DNA of 64,000 nt from Paludibacteraceae bacterium. GTDB lineage: Bacteria; Bacteroidota; Bacteroidia; Bacteroidales; Paludibacteraceae. Below the pieces are notes generated by a model. It did no database searches, had not been told where the DNA came from, and saw nothing but the letters and a program-made list of their open reading frames with translations. The position numbers were made by a program, and so were the translations under genes. Position 1 is the stretch's first letter; the number at the start of each line of letters is the position of its first letter. The stretch is taken from assembly GCA_045119955.1 (NCBI GenBank), contig JBGVEG010000162.1, forward strand, positions 17-64,016. Reading direction: 5' to 3'. This document shows positions 47,001-56,769 of this stretch, in pieces.

Positions 47001-50000
47001 GCAGTAATATCTTTACCTTCAGCAGGGGTTGTTTCACCATAAATAAAGAGATAGTCGAACAAAGCGGTACCATCTTCGGCAAAAGCATTGGTGAGATTTA
47101 CCAAATGATGTTTATAATCTTTATATTCTTTGCTATGATAGGTATATCCATTGGGAATACCCGTGTAAATACCAGAATTACCAGCATTCTCTTTCACCAA
47201 ATATCCATCTGCACCCATAAGTGTCACTTGGGCAAGAACACTATTATCCTTTTTGTTACGAATAGTGATTGTACCCTCATCCAATGCCGAATTCTTTAAC
47301 CACTTGACACCTAAGAATATAGTATCTACTTTGTTTTTACCCAAGGCATTTGAGTGTGTTGTTTCGGTAGCAGTAACTGCATTATGCCAGTCTGTAGTAG
47401 TATATGCAGTATCCATTGATATTTGGAAAGCAGAGTCATTATCAATTTCAAACTCCACCTCTTGCAAATTGATAGCAATGACCTCTAATTTCTTCGGATT
47501 CAAATCGTTGTTTTCTGTACCAAATACCAATTTTGCAGGATTTACAATTACACTAGGATAACCCTCAATCACAAAATCTGACAAACGGATTTCCTTCAAG
47601 AGGACTGGAGCGTAATTTATTCGAACATAGCGCGTCGTGTAATTTAGTTCCTGTACAAAAACATTACTATTCATAGAATCGCGAGAGAGTGAAGCAGGAT
47701 AGAACGAACCTGATGTTCCATCTACACTCTCATAAACCGTCCATAGAGAATCTACAATAATCTCTTCACCAATAGCAGAGAATGCTTTGAAAGACACAAT
47801 ACTTGGAGCACCATTGAAAGCGAATGTTACCGAACGAACAAGTTCACTACCAGGGTTTTGCATTACTACTTGACGATTAGTAGCGTCCCACTGTACATAC
47901 GATGAAGCCTTTGTTATAAAGTGATATCTTTCTACATCATCCTCAGCCAACTTAATTGGTAATTCTTGAGGGAAATTGTATGCACTTACTATTACTCTGA
48001 CAGTATTACCGTCCTCGGTAGCTGTAAATTCATATTCATTCTCTACTGTGGTTGCAGTAGTAGAAATCGTGACGGTAGTTCTATAATATGGTGCACCTGT
48101 TGTGCCTAAGTTATCTGATTTTTCAGCAGTATATTTCAAACCTTGCTCGAGGCTAATAATTGGGATTGCGTTTTGCGTATGCGTAAGTACAATGGTTTGC
48201 TCGGACGTTTCATCTGCATAAATCGGTAAATAGATTTTAGCTGTATTTGCAGATATAAGCAATTCTGACACGCACACATCTGTTAATGTACCTACTTCAG
48301 ATGTGTTACTACCATACTGAATACGCACTTGGCAAGTAGTTGGATCCAATTGATAAGACACCTCTTCGCCAGAAGTCAAAGAAGACCATACCAAAATATT
48401 TCTCCATTCAGCGTTTTCTGATGAACGCTGCTGAATATTCCATGTGTTATTTCCAGTTGGCGTAAATGTTAGTTTGTCAGGTGTACCAGTAAAGCGGAAA
48501 ATCCATTCAGAACCAGATGATGTAGAGTTGAAATCTATGGTACTATTAGTAGTATTATAACTTACATTCGTACCCGCAAACAAACGTTTATTAAACTCTG
48601 TCAATCCACTTTCTTCATCTATACAGAATGGTATAGGATATACATTAGGATCAATTACTGCAATAGTTTTTGAAATAGTCTTTCCAAAATAAACTTGACT
48701 TTCCTCTTGAGTCGCAGTAATAGTAACGATACCCAAAGAATTTGGTTTCACCTTATAAGGGCTGTTTGTTCCATCACCCGAGATGGTAACAATACCCGTT
48801 TTAGGATTAACCTCAATTCCTGAAGCTGACAAATTGGTAGTTGCATCAATCAAGTTGAACTCAGAGGTTGTGGTATAAATAGGTTGTGGGAACTCAGCAA
48901 ACGCCAATGGGTTTGGACGCAAGTTAGCAGTAGCTTTTAGTGTAATTGTCACCGTAGTATCTTGGTCTATACCCGCATCGTCTTGATAAGTGGCCGTTAT
49001 AGACAGAGCACCTTCATGAGCACCCGCAAATTTTGGAGCATATACCAATTTTGCACTGGCATAAGGCATCGTAGATTTAGTTCCATAAGTAAACTCAAAT
49101 GGAGCTGCACATACATCAGTTGCTGGTGTCCAGGTAGCGAAAGCATTTGCCACATTGTTGCCATCTGCTGTAATAACAATAGGGAATGATAGTCTATCAT
49201 TTACCAATGTACCTGCCGTTGGCAATGAACATGTAGAACCATTAACATACTCCGTACCATTAATTGACACCTTGAATTTAGGGGTGTAATCTTCAGTCGC
49301 TTTGAGAATAATTTCTTCAGTATATACTACTGCATTTGAAGTCAAATCCTTACATTTCACAACCAAATGCTCGAAAATATTAGGATTGCCTACATTATGT
49401 CTATTTTTATGTGTATATTTAACTGGTATAGTCAATATCTCATTTGTTTTATCATAAACTATATTACCACTCAAAGTAAAGAAATCGTTGGGTGCTAACT
49501 CTACGACAAAGTTATTTTCTGTAACATTCTTATTTTCAGTATCTACATAACACAACACATTTTGTATTGTATCTTTGGGCAATGTAATAACAATAGAATC
49601 TCCAACTACTTTTGAAATCTGCAAAGACTGTGGCAAAGACCACATACCTAAACTCTTTATATAGGTATATGTTTCCTTAGGATTTGCATTTGCATCGACA
49701 TTTGCACCAGCAGAATATGGTTGTGTCGAATTTTTCACCTCATCATTGTGCAATTGAGCATTGGTAATTGCTATTTCGGGCCATCCTGAAATTTCATTAC
49801 CAACTTGATATGCTTGGTAAGTCTTTGCCTCAGTTCCTTTCACACCAAAATACACCTTACCATTACCATCGGAAGTAATATCCGCACCGCTTGAAGTGGT
49901 ATAGACTCCACCTCCATTAATCGTCACTTTACCATTTATCAACCAACGTGCATCTGTTAACTTCTCAGCCGTACGCTTTTTAGGGGCAGTGGAACTATAC

Positions 50001-52321
50001 GTATCATTCTCATACTCTGTATTGCCGGGTGTATATGGAACAGTCTTTACAACACTATTACCTGTACCAAAATATCCTATTGTGATTGGATTACCATTCG
50101 CATCGGTTCCAGAATACGAATTTTGGTCTTTGTCATATAGATATTGGCTTTGTGATACAATAAATTCAGAATTTTCATCCAATGACAATGTTGATCCCGC
50201 CATAAACGCAAGTCGTGACGATGCTGTAACCGCTGTATTTGTAATCGACACATCCATATTGTTATTAACAGGAAGGACAAAAGTACTGGAACTAATTTTC
50301 ATATCAAAATTAATCGTAATCAGCACTGTAATAGAGATACCAGGAAAGACCAACTCTATCTTGTCAACTCGCGCTTTAGAATCAGCGCCAGGAGTTCCTT
50401 CTATAATGAACTTTTGTCTATCTTCTGTTCTATCATAATATTTTATCAGTTTGGTTCCCTGTCCAATTTTAAAGAAACCAGAACCAGAAGAGTAAGTTGC
50501 ATTATCTGGTACTACAAACGCTGCGTTAGCAGAAAAATCTCCAAATGTACTGCCCAAACCGACTGCGGTCACTAATTTCTCAATAGCCTCATATTCCAAT
50601 ATCAATTTAGTCTCAATATTTTGTACAAAATACTGTCCAGCGGGGAATACGTCTTTCTCGTTTCCAGGAGATTCAAATACACCTCCTATCACAGCACCTG
50701 CCAATGCTCCTAAATTATTTAAATCAACACCTACCATTCCTACGGTAGCATTTCCACCACGCCAATCGGCGATTTGGAAAGATTCGTAAACCAATGCACC
50801 CGCCTTAGCCGTGATTGAACTTGTTTCTGGATTACCAATTATATATCCTAATGCAGATAATACGCCACCCGACTCTATGGTGATATGACAATTCTTACCC
50901 ATATCCATACGTCCATACGAATATGGTGTACCATTCATCGGTTGGGTCTTGGACATTTTCGCATACACACTTATCGCGCCGCCATTCTTAACCGTAATCG
51001 TGGTGTTATCCTCCATTGTGAGATACTTCTTACATTTAATGGCAGTACGGGTAGCACCACTAACAAAATCATTAATAGTCACATCTCCTCTGCTCACAGT
51101 ATAAGCATCATCACCAGGAACAAGGAGAGTTACACCCGAAGGAATATCATATTCACCCGCGGCAAGATAACCCGATTGATAAACCAACACTACACCAGAA
51201 CCGTTGGCAGCTTTAATTGCATGATTCAAATCATTATAATATACACCATCTTGACCCCTAATCATAAACATGGCATATCTATCTTCTACAAATTCCGCAG
51301 AAATCTCATCACCATCTAAAGTGGTATAAATATATGGATTTTCGCTCGTAGATTCTTGCTCAGCAAATACCCACCTATCAAATCGATAACCACTTTCAGC
51401 ATCTGCTGTAAGAGTATATGTATCAGCATTTTCCATTATAATAGTAGTATCTGCACTATTATTAGAGAATGTTTTAGTATGGAAATCACTACCACGCAAA
51501 TATGTATAAGATCCCTTACCAACGGTCGGTGCTTTAAAAGTAATTTTAATATTCTCATATATATTGACGGTGATTATGTGCTTCGAATTATTAGTAGCAG
51601 TAAGAGTAATCGTAAACACATCTCCCTTTTGCGCATTCTGTAATGCAGTAACCTTAAACTCAACAATATGCTCTCCTGTTGCAGGAACCGATGTAGCATC
51701 AACACCATCTACTTTCTCAACAACACAAGTAAGATCACTAGTTAATTGATCTCCCTTTCTGACTTCTATCTCAAAATCAGCAGCATTATATACTGTTGTA
51801 CTAAAAGGTTCAGTATTTTCATCTGCAGTTTTGGTAATACCAATTGTTGACCTATTACATTGAATAATAGATTTGAATACTGCATAACAAGTCTCTGTAG
51901 TAGGTTGCGATTCTGTTTTACTTGTCACATTAATTGTCCGTGAAAATCTAGTCGTTCCTGTTGCACTATTTTGAATGAGACTATTTCCATTTTCTGTAGT
52001 ACTCCAACCATAATGGCTATAGCCCTCACTGGCTAAAGCATACAAATAATATGTGTGCGTACTATTGGTACTTCCGGTTGAAGAAGAAAATCCTCCTTCG
52101 GCATTATCCTTGTAATCTCCAACATTTGGTGTACTATTGTTAGCATTAGTTACCCATACTTTTCCGCCTCCAGTAGCCGCTACTCGTACTTCCATTTTCG
52201 AATAATACGTGTCCCAGGCTGCAGCAGTAGCAGAGAACAACAAACACACAACAACTATTGCCAATCGCATCACATGATTGAACAACGATGATTTGAAAAA
52301 TTGTGAAAAAATACTTTTCAT
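44072..52321 (-). CDS. Giant cell-surface protein (2749 aa) with a T9SS-type C-terminal sorting domain
   Basis: N-terminal signal (MRLAIVVVCLLFSATAAA; alternative start at 52270). InlB-B-repeat-like modules (YYLYALASEGYSHYGW, YTLTADAESGYRFDRW). Long beta-rich, Thr/Asn/Gly-rich body. The last ~80 aa (...VRVMSATGAIIYSGMVQTAVDVALPATGVYVITGENEVHKILH) match the Por_Secre_tail pattern. Confidence 0.8.
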   Translation of the reverse strand: MKSIFSQFFKSSLFNHVMRLAIVVVCLLFSATAAAWDTYYSKMEVRVAATGGGKVWVTNANNSTPNVGDYKDNAEGGFSSSTGSTNSTHTYYLYALASEGYSHYGWSTTENGNSLIQNSATGTTRFSRTINVTSKTESQPTTETCYAVFKSIIQCNRSTIGITKTADENTEPFSTTVYNAADFEIEVRKGDQLTSDLTCVVEKVDGVDATSVPATGEHIVEFKVTALQNAQKGDVFTITLTATNNSKHIITVNIYENIKITFKAPTVGKGSYTYLRGSDFHTKTFSNNSADTTIIMENADTYTLTADAESGYRFDRWVFAEQESTSENPYIYTTLDGDEISAEFVEDRYAMFMIRGQDGVYYNDLNHAIKAANGSGVVLVYQSGYLAAGEYDIPSGVTLLVPGDDAYTVSRGDVTINDFVSGATRTAIKCKKYLTMEDNTTITVKNGGAISVYAKMSKTQPMNGTPYSYGRMDMGKNCHITIESGGVLSALGYIIGNPETSSITAKAGALVYESFQIADWRGGNATVGMVGVDLNNLGALAGAVIGGVFESPGNEKDVFPAGQYFVQNIETKLILEYEAIEKLVTAVGLGSTFGDFSANAAFVVPDNATYSSGSGFFKIGQGTKLIKYYDRTEDRQKFIIEGTPGADSKARVDKIELVFPGISITVLITINFDMKISSSTFVLPVNNNMDVSITNTAVTASSRLAFMAGSTLSLDENSEFIVSQSQYLYDKDQNSYSGTDANGNPITIGYFGTGNSVVKTVPYTPGNTEYENDTYSSTAPKKRTAEKLTDARWLINGKVTINGGGVYTTSSGADITSDGNGKVYFGVKGTEAKTYQAYQVGNEISGWPEIAITNAQLHNDEVKNSTQPYSAGANVDANANPKETYTYIKSLGMWSLPQSLQISKVVGDSIVITLPKDTIQNVLCYVDTENKNVTENNFVVELAPNDFFTLSGNIVYDKTNEILTIPVKYTHKNRHNVGNPNIFEHLVVKCKDLTSNAVVYTEEIILKATEDYTPKFKVSINGTEYVNGSTCSLPTAGTLVNDRLSFPIVITADGNNVANAFATWTPATDVCAAPFEFTYGTKSTMPYASAKLVYAPKFAGAHEGALSITATYQDDAGIDQDTTVTITLKATANLRPNPLAFAEFPQPIYTTTSEFNLIDATTNLSASGIEVNPKTGIVTISGDGTNSPYKVKPNSLGIVTITATQEESQVYFGKTISKTIAVIDPNVYPIPFCIDEESGLTEFNKRLFAGTNVSYNTTNSTIDFNSTSSGSEWIFRFTGTPDKLTFTPTGNNTWNIQQRSSENAEWRNILVWSSLTSGEEVSYQLDPTTCQVRIQYGSNTSEVGTLTDVCVSELLISANTAKIYLPIYADETSEQTIVLTHTQNAIPIISLEQGLKYTAEKSDNLGTTGAPYYRTTVTISTTATTVENEYEFTATEDGNTVRVIVSAYNFPQELPIKLAEDDVERYHFITKASSYVQWDATNRQVVMQNPGSELVRSVTFAFNGAPSIVSFKAFSAIGEEIIVDSLWTVYESVDGTSGSFYPASLSRDSMNSNVFVQELNYTTRYVRINYAPVLLKEIRLSDFVIEGYPSVIVNPAKLVFGTENNDLNPKKLEVIAINLQEVEFEIDNDSAFQISMDTAYTTTDWHNAVTATETTHSNALGKNKVDTIFLGVKWLKNSALDEGTITIRNKKDNSVLAQVTLMGADGYLVKENAGNSGIYTGIPNGYTYHSKEYKDYKHHLVNLTNAFAEDGTALFDYLFIYGETTPAEGKDITAPKKGSADGSTNIGSNAVTPFYVYRKAPNSENQYRGYQYVGKIDNANTEDKAVVADIIITDTAGVVYIDATNPLRVYMTGFCPYATTGYTKNQEGVFLFRGKHGAKLDIYLEDFHVFSRNKTKNGNGFYGDKEGGEVFTDGYARGSGGVLVFENVDPQEQLQNYTHTPFEVSIHTIGDNLLSSNYGCFFGLSIVSDGPVGMKAYQVSSPIHIHMFNKEYVRKTKTRLNFDDVWPTAVDADNVMTDSIRTNGFLALKKQANNAPSIDMGNKHTEVNFKGGQVELQNSQIGSDTYKTTLAISHRSGYFGSDDAGIQLCYGIGTDSVGGTVNFLDGTVTVRPMYVSPSYRQYYLMDTLADGTMSDSTYCLRTPKNTYIRGGSVCRVRACQHVTSKGGAPKDRETGKFLGQYVYILRGNDVLNTTTKLAHIVEFPSNVEGLLLHHQNSGYTYGLNSVTPDKKNQFYFWIPDGMGGVTAEVDKYMSIWKACMTEIGAGIPGIEGRVGGDTPIEENEEVKYLMYCQIDKNIWDVITAGPKVGDKTDYTYQPPFEVPTPAKTLFNNETYARYDLLTYVSDSLQYQVTSDTAYTITDRVYYVTTATADVWQTFTAPFNVENIYVVESYSEAALEQIDNGNRTAILREQATHNADFAAFFAVAMAMGSDKDFDGIYQSYKKWAYTEDKKSGLYKGNEADYNLRSMQELVPYIGKNWREANFYLNHNDGNWGLTQNADSFAVKWNMLSVADTLDGILLHKGETYSLMFPYCPSCEASLENRDYWDYWSGKFLVFESTDGKQVINGRDFLNDTIDGNIFTQVPANNEMIVTGNSTFAQLNTNRQNVYSYNSYAPFMNSEVFEPLQFATDKIIYPTTAFLYGNVPTQNNMPARSIGRTGKINYGKENTPTDVNQGGNIPTVGGGNDLFITATVAGVNIAVAEPQHVRVMSATGAIIYSGMVQTAVDVALPATGVYVITGENEVHKILH

Positions 52322-52360
52322 TTTTTTATTTTTTTAATTAAACTTCTATTTTGATTTATA

Positions 52361-53605
52361 TTAAGCAACAGCTTGTGTTACTAATCGTTGCAGGATATTC
52401 GATTGTTTCAATAGAACAATGGCAAAAGCCAACGTAAGAATAATATGGGGAGTATCTACCAACATGTGAGGCACCAATACCATCACTAAGCACCATACTA
52501 TCAAAACCACAGCGTATGGCAATGCCCAATACTTGCGCCATTTCCAACAAATAACAGGCAAGATGTTAAATGGAATGAGCAACCAGTTCCAATGTGCTGT
52601 AGGGAAGGGCAAATATGCCACCCACATCATAACCATCATAAATATTCCAGCTAAGGTTTGCAAGGATAATATCGTATAGTCTATGCCATTACCTATAGTC
52701 TCCATCCATTTTCGTTGGCTAAAGAATATCGTAGCCAAAGATAATAATGACAATAACAATAATACTATTGCCACGTGGATAGGTTTAATCATTGTGGCTG
52801 TCATCACTTCAGATGTAGTATGTACTGTTAGCTCGTCTGACAGAATAGGTTTGCTACATAATGTCGTGTTATGCCATAATGCCAACAATTGCAAAGGGAA
52901 AAGGACTTTCTTGGCGGTGCTCATATTCACATTATCCACGTATGAACTGCCAAGAATAGAATTAATCAGGAATAGTTGCCAAGGCGCTTCTTGTGCATAC
53001 ATATTCATCAATTCATGCATCGTGTGTTCAGGTTCGCCCAACCATTGAGTTTGCACACTATCCTTTGGATAAGCAGTTGCAATGGCACGATTGATATACT
53101 GCGAAACCATTTGTGCACAACTACCTGCCACACAGTCGTATGGTCGGTCGTAACCTTTAGCAGTACTTTCATCCAAGATACGCCATAGTTCAGTTTCTAC
53201 CTGTGGAGGTAAAAACATAACATATTCGGTAATACCTCTAAACTCCTCTTCTATATATTGCTCTGTCGGAACGGCAATAAGTCCCATGGTTGGACGAATA
53301 ACGATATATTCTAACGCAGCCGCATCACTATGGATTGAGATATACGAGAATACATAATCCAAATCGAAAGCAGGACATTGCAAGCGCAAAGCAGCGTGAC
53401 CAAAAATAGAATATACGCGTACATCACTGGGCTGCGAGATAAGTAGCGACACCGTCACAAAATCCTCCGCTGTGCGATCCACATGGTCATTGAAGACCGT
53501 ATCCACATACTGCCCCTCTGCATCCACAATCTGTGCGGATACGGAGAAAGTGCCAGCTACAAGGAGCAGGAGGGAGAGGAATAATATGTTCAATCGTTTT
53601 TTCAA
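52361..53605 (-). CDS. DUF4105 / Lnb-like membrane protein (periplasmic N-domain plus C-terminal multi-TM domain, 414 aa)
   Basis: Signal peptide MKKRLNILFLSLLLLVAGTFSVSAQ, VYSIFGHAALRL motif, and five hydrophobic helices in the C-terminal third. It lies 39 nt upstream of the giant gene. Confidence 0.5.
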   Translation of the reverse strand: MKKRLNILFLSLLLLVAGTFSVSAQIVDAEGQYVDTVFNDHVDRTAEDFVTVSLLISQPSDVRVYSIFGHAALRLQCPAFDLDYVFSYISIHSDAAALEYIVIRPTMGLIAVPTEQYIEEEFRGITEYVMFLPPQVETELWRILDESTAKGYDRPYDCVAGSCAQMVSQYINRAIATAYPKDSVQTQWLGEPEHTMHELMNMYAQEAPWQLFLINSILGSSYVDNVNMSTAKKVLFPLQLLALWHNTTLCSKPILSDELTVHTTSEVMTATMIKPIHVAIVLLLLSLLSLATIFFSQRKWMETIGNGIDYTILSLQTLAGIFMMVMMWVAYLPFPTAHWNWLLIPFNILPVICWKWRKYWALPYAVVLIVWCLVMVLVPHMLVDTPHIILTLAFAIVLLKQSNILQRLVTQAVA

Positions 53606-53643
53606 AACGCTTGTTGGTGTAGGGCGTAGAGTGTTGCTTGGGG

Positions 53644-53675
53644 CTATTGGCTATAGGTAATTGGCTATAGGCAAT
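53644..53675. repeat. CCAATNG-family heptamer array (CNATNGG orientation)
   Basis: ctattgg ctatagg taattgg ctatagg caat. Confidence 0.75.
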
Positions 53676-53864
53676 GTTTACATCGCTTTGCTCTATACTG
53701 TTTTTATGTTGTCGCCCGAGGGCGTTTGCTATCTGTTTCGCGACCACCATAAGACATCTATAGGACATCTATAGCACTTCTGTAGCTCTTATTTGTGAGC
53801 ACGGTTCAACGGTCACTTTTGCGGCGGAGCCGCAGGTATATTTTATCGAAACAATAGAAAGGGG

Positions 53865-54003
53865 AATCTTAACAAAAAGCACTTTTTAATGGCTGGGAGT
53901 TGGGTCGGAGTTCTCTCGGTGTTCTCTCGGTCGTCAGTCGGTGAAATTGGGGTAAATATAAGAGAAGATACAGAAACATCAATCTTAATAAAACGCACTT
54001 TTT
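53865..54003 (+). repeat. ~137-nt dispersed element, copy B
   Basis: AATCTTAACAAAAAGCACTTTTT ... GGAGTTCTCTCGGTGTTCTCTCGGTCGTCAGTCGGTGAAATT ... AATCTTAATAAAACGCACTTTTT. Same orientation and architecture as 11478-11614. Confidence 0.8.
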
Positions 54004-54066
54004 CGTTTCTTTACTATTGTTTCAATATTTCAAAGGTCACTTGCGCGGCGAAGCCGCTGTTTTTTA

Positions 54067-54097
54067 GGTTAAAGGTTAGAGGCGAGAGGCTAAAGGC
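54067..54097. repeat. Heptamer array GGTTAAA / GGCGAGA
   Basis: ggttaaa ggttaga ggcgaga ggctaaa ggc. Confidence 0.75.
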
Positions 54098-54252
54098 ACA
54101 GAGTTCTCGGCGGACAACCGCCGAAATGCACCCCGAGCACTAAACCAGTGGCGAGAAGCAATTCTCTTTCTACGATTACCCGAATAATATTCGGGATAAT
54201 GGACAAAGAAAGAACAACTACCGTGAGCAGCAATAAACAAAGAACAACTACT

Positions 54253-54288
54253 AATATGTACACATGCGGGGGCGCATGTGTACATATT
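54253..54288 (-). terminator. Strong intrinsic terminator after the 817-aa gene
   Basis: AATATGTACACATGCG gggg CGCATGTGTACATATT, a perfect 16-bp stem starting 8 nt past the stop at 54296. Confidence 0.75.
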
Positions 54289-54295
54289 ATATATA

Positions 54296-56710
54296 TTACT
54301 CCGCCAATGTAGTCGTCAATTGACCTTCCAACTCGGTCAGGAAACGCACATACAAGTAGCCATCTGCATCTACATATTGAGCCAAAGGAGCCAAAATAGC
54401 CTTGCTCAATACCACATTACCCTCAGCAGGCACTTCGGTATAGTTCACCACATCCTTATGATAAATAGCCACGGCGAACTCGCAGTCCTTAGCCACGAAG
54501 GTATGCAATGCACCCTTGCCTGTCCAAACGAGATTTACACCACTTGCCAACCATGCCTCATAATCAATGCGATAGATGTCAAACGCATTACCAAGGTTCA
54601 AAGTCAGTTCTGCTACTGGCTCGAGCAATGTACTTGCTGCCACACATGGGCTCACAGGTTTTTCCTCTGGAAGAACGGTGAGAATCAATGTAGCTTGGTA
54701 GTCGCAACCATTCTCATCTTGGAGGGTAATGGTATATTCGCCTGACTCGGCGTAAACAGTACCATGCCACTCATAGGTCTCAGCGAACTTAACGGTTACC
54801 TCCTCAGTAGTTGCAGGTGTTTGAGGATAAACGGTGAGGGTGAGGGTGATAACGCTATCGCAACCGTTCACATCTTGCAATGTAACGCTATACTCGCCTG
54901 ATGCGGTATATTCTTGATCATGCCAGGTATAAGTCTCGCCGTAGCAAACAGCGGCTTTCTCATTGGTCACTGGCACCTCTGGAAGAACGGTCAGGTCGAG
55001 AGTCACGATGCTATCAGCGCCATTAGCCGATACAGTAGTATAGGTGTATTCGCCTGACTCCGTGTAGGTTTGACCGTTCCACTCGTAGGTCTCGCCGAAG
55101 CAAACAGTAGCAGACTCGGTGGTGTAGATTGGATCGAGTACTGGACCTTCTGGGTCAGTTTCTGCTGGTTTAGCGGAGGTAAAAGTAATATTACCTTGAC
55201 GACTTGTTGCAATACGAAGATAAATAAAACCATCAGCCTCCAAAGTTGCCCCCCAGGCATCTAACACATCTGCTTTCGTTGTTACTGTTTTGTTTGCAGG
55301 AACACTAATCACACCTAAACGCTCAGGATCAGTAGTTGCGAAGTCACAATAAGACGCAAGATATATGCTCAATCCTCCACGTTGTTCCCATTTAACATCA
55401 AAATCATAATTCGCCCAGTCTTTATAATCCATACGATAAACAGTCTTATCCGATGTTGGGCTGACAAATGTTTGACCCGAGGTAATCAGGATGGTATTCT
55501 CAACACATGAAGATACATTCCACAACGAAGGAGTCAATGTGGTTGCTTTATTACAAACAAAACGAACATACAGATAATCATCCGTAGCAGATGCACCTAA
55601 ATTAGCAATATCACCTTTTGAAAGTTGCAATTTGCGTTGGTTAGCCTCTTTGCTGAATGGATATACAGAAAATACATTCGCATCGCCCACCTCAAACTCA
55701 GGTGTATTAGATACATGCATAGCCATCAAGTATTGAGTATTAGCCAAGAACTCTGTAGATTTCCAAGTTTTAGGGAAGCAGAATACGCGGCTATCATTAG
55801 CTTGCAATTGTACGGACTCATTATGCTTGAGCAAGATAGCATCGCCTTGAATCTCACCCAATGGAATACGCTCAATCACCAATTTACCAGGAGCATCAGA
55901 AAGCACCTTACCATAGAAGACACCCGCACCAATCCAATTGTCAATAGCTGCTTGCATATCAGATGGAGTCAGCACCTTATTGGTATTGGCATCTAAATCG
56001 TATTTTGCTCGGATATATATACTTGCATCAGTAGGTGTGAAACGGCACTCATCTTCTGCCACCCAAACACGTGCAGGTTGCTCACCTACCCATACAAAAC
56101 GAACCTCCTCGTCTTTCCACTCTGAGAAAGGCAAGACAATCATCTTGTTAGAATCATTAGCAGCAATCTCAATCGTATCGCTCAACTTAGCATAATGGCC
56201 ATTCTCCATACAATCTTGGAAAGTTGGGTCTGGGGTCAAACGAATCTCACCACCATCAGGGAAATACACTTTCACAAAAGCTTGGATATCGTGGGTCAAA
56301 CCATATTCGGTCAATTGGTCACGATAACGCTCGTCAATAGACAAGTCCCACTCTACTTTGCCGTCTCGAACCACCTTATCACACATAAACTCCACTGGCA
56401 AAGTCAAGCCCAACATCTTCAAGATATTAATAACACTATCCAATTTATGGTCATGACTATAATCACCATACTGGCAAGTAAAATCAATTTGTACCTCAGG
56501 ACTCCATGTGCTATTATCTACATCAGGAGAAAAATATACATGCAATGGCAAATCCCATGTTGAGGCGGTGTACCACAATTCATCATCAGCATTCACATGA
56601 GCAGTATAACTCTTATCTACAGGAATAGGATCCTCACAAGAGAGACCCGATTGCGCCATCATTGAAGTGGCGAAGAACACTACAAAAAGTGTTGAGAAAA
56701 AGTGTTTCAT
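54296..56710 (-). CDS. Secreted repeat protein (804 aa from the ATG at 56710) with three tandem C.GETY.W...Y..SGEY modules
   Basis: ORF 54296-56749 trimmed to MKHFFSTLFVVFFATSMMAQ (signal peptide). Several ~200-aa domains end in G[YF][LI]Y[VL]R[FI]. Three ~47-aa repeats: CFGETYEWNGQTYTESGEYTY..., CYGETYTWHDQEYTASGEYSV..., FAETYEWHGTVYAESGEYTI... Confidence 0.7.
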   Translation of the reverse strand: MKHFFSTLFVVFFATSMMAQSGLSCEDPIPVDKSYTAHVNADDELWYTASTWDLPLHVYFSPDVDNSTWSPEVQIDFTCQYGDYSHDHKLDSVINILKMLGLTLPVEFMCDKVVRDGKVEWDLSIDERYRDQLTEYGLTHDIQAFVKVYFPDGGEIRLTPDPTFQDCMENGHYAKLSDTIEIAANDSNKMIVLPFSEWKDEEVRFVWVGEQPARVWVAEDECRFTPTDASIYIRAKYDLDANTNKVLTPSDMQAAIDNWIGAGVFYGKVLSDAPGKLVIERIPLGEIQGDAILLKHNESVQLQANDSRVFCFPKTWKSTEFLANTQYLMAMHVSNTPEFEVGDANVFSVYPFSKEANQRKLQLSKGDIANLGASATDDYLYVRFVCNKATTLTPSLWNVSSCVENTILITSGQTFVSPTSDKTVYRMDYKDWANYDFDVKWEQRGGLSIYLASYCDFATTDPERLGVISVPANKTVTTKADVLDAWGATLEADGFIYLRIATSRQGNITFTSAKPAETDPEGPVLDPIYTTESATVCFGETYEWNGQTYTESGEYTYTTVSANGADSIVTLDLTVLPEVPVTNEKAAVCYGETYTWHDQEYTASGEYSVTLQDVNGCDSVITLTLTVYPQTPATTEEVTVKFAETYEWHGTVYAESGEYTITLQDENGCDYQATLILTVLPEEKPVSPCVAASTLLEPVAELTLNLGNAFDIYRIDYEAWLASGVNLVWTGKGALHTFVAKDCEFAVAIYHKDVVNYTEVPAEGNVVLSKAILAPLAQYVDADGYLYVRFLTELEGQLTTTLAE

Positions 56711-56769
56711 ATCAATTAAATTTACAATTTGACAATTTACTATGTACAATTGATGTACAATTTTCTTAT

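Noticed and set aside
53889-54143. An 84-aa ORF spanning the 137-nt repeat
   Set aside because: The copy at 11478-11614 does not preserve the frame or the start, so the conservation is at nucleotide level.
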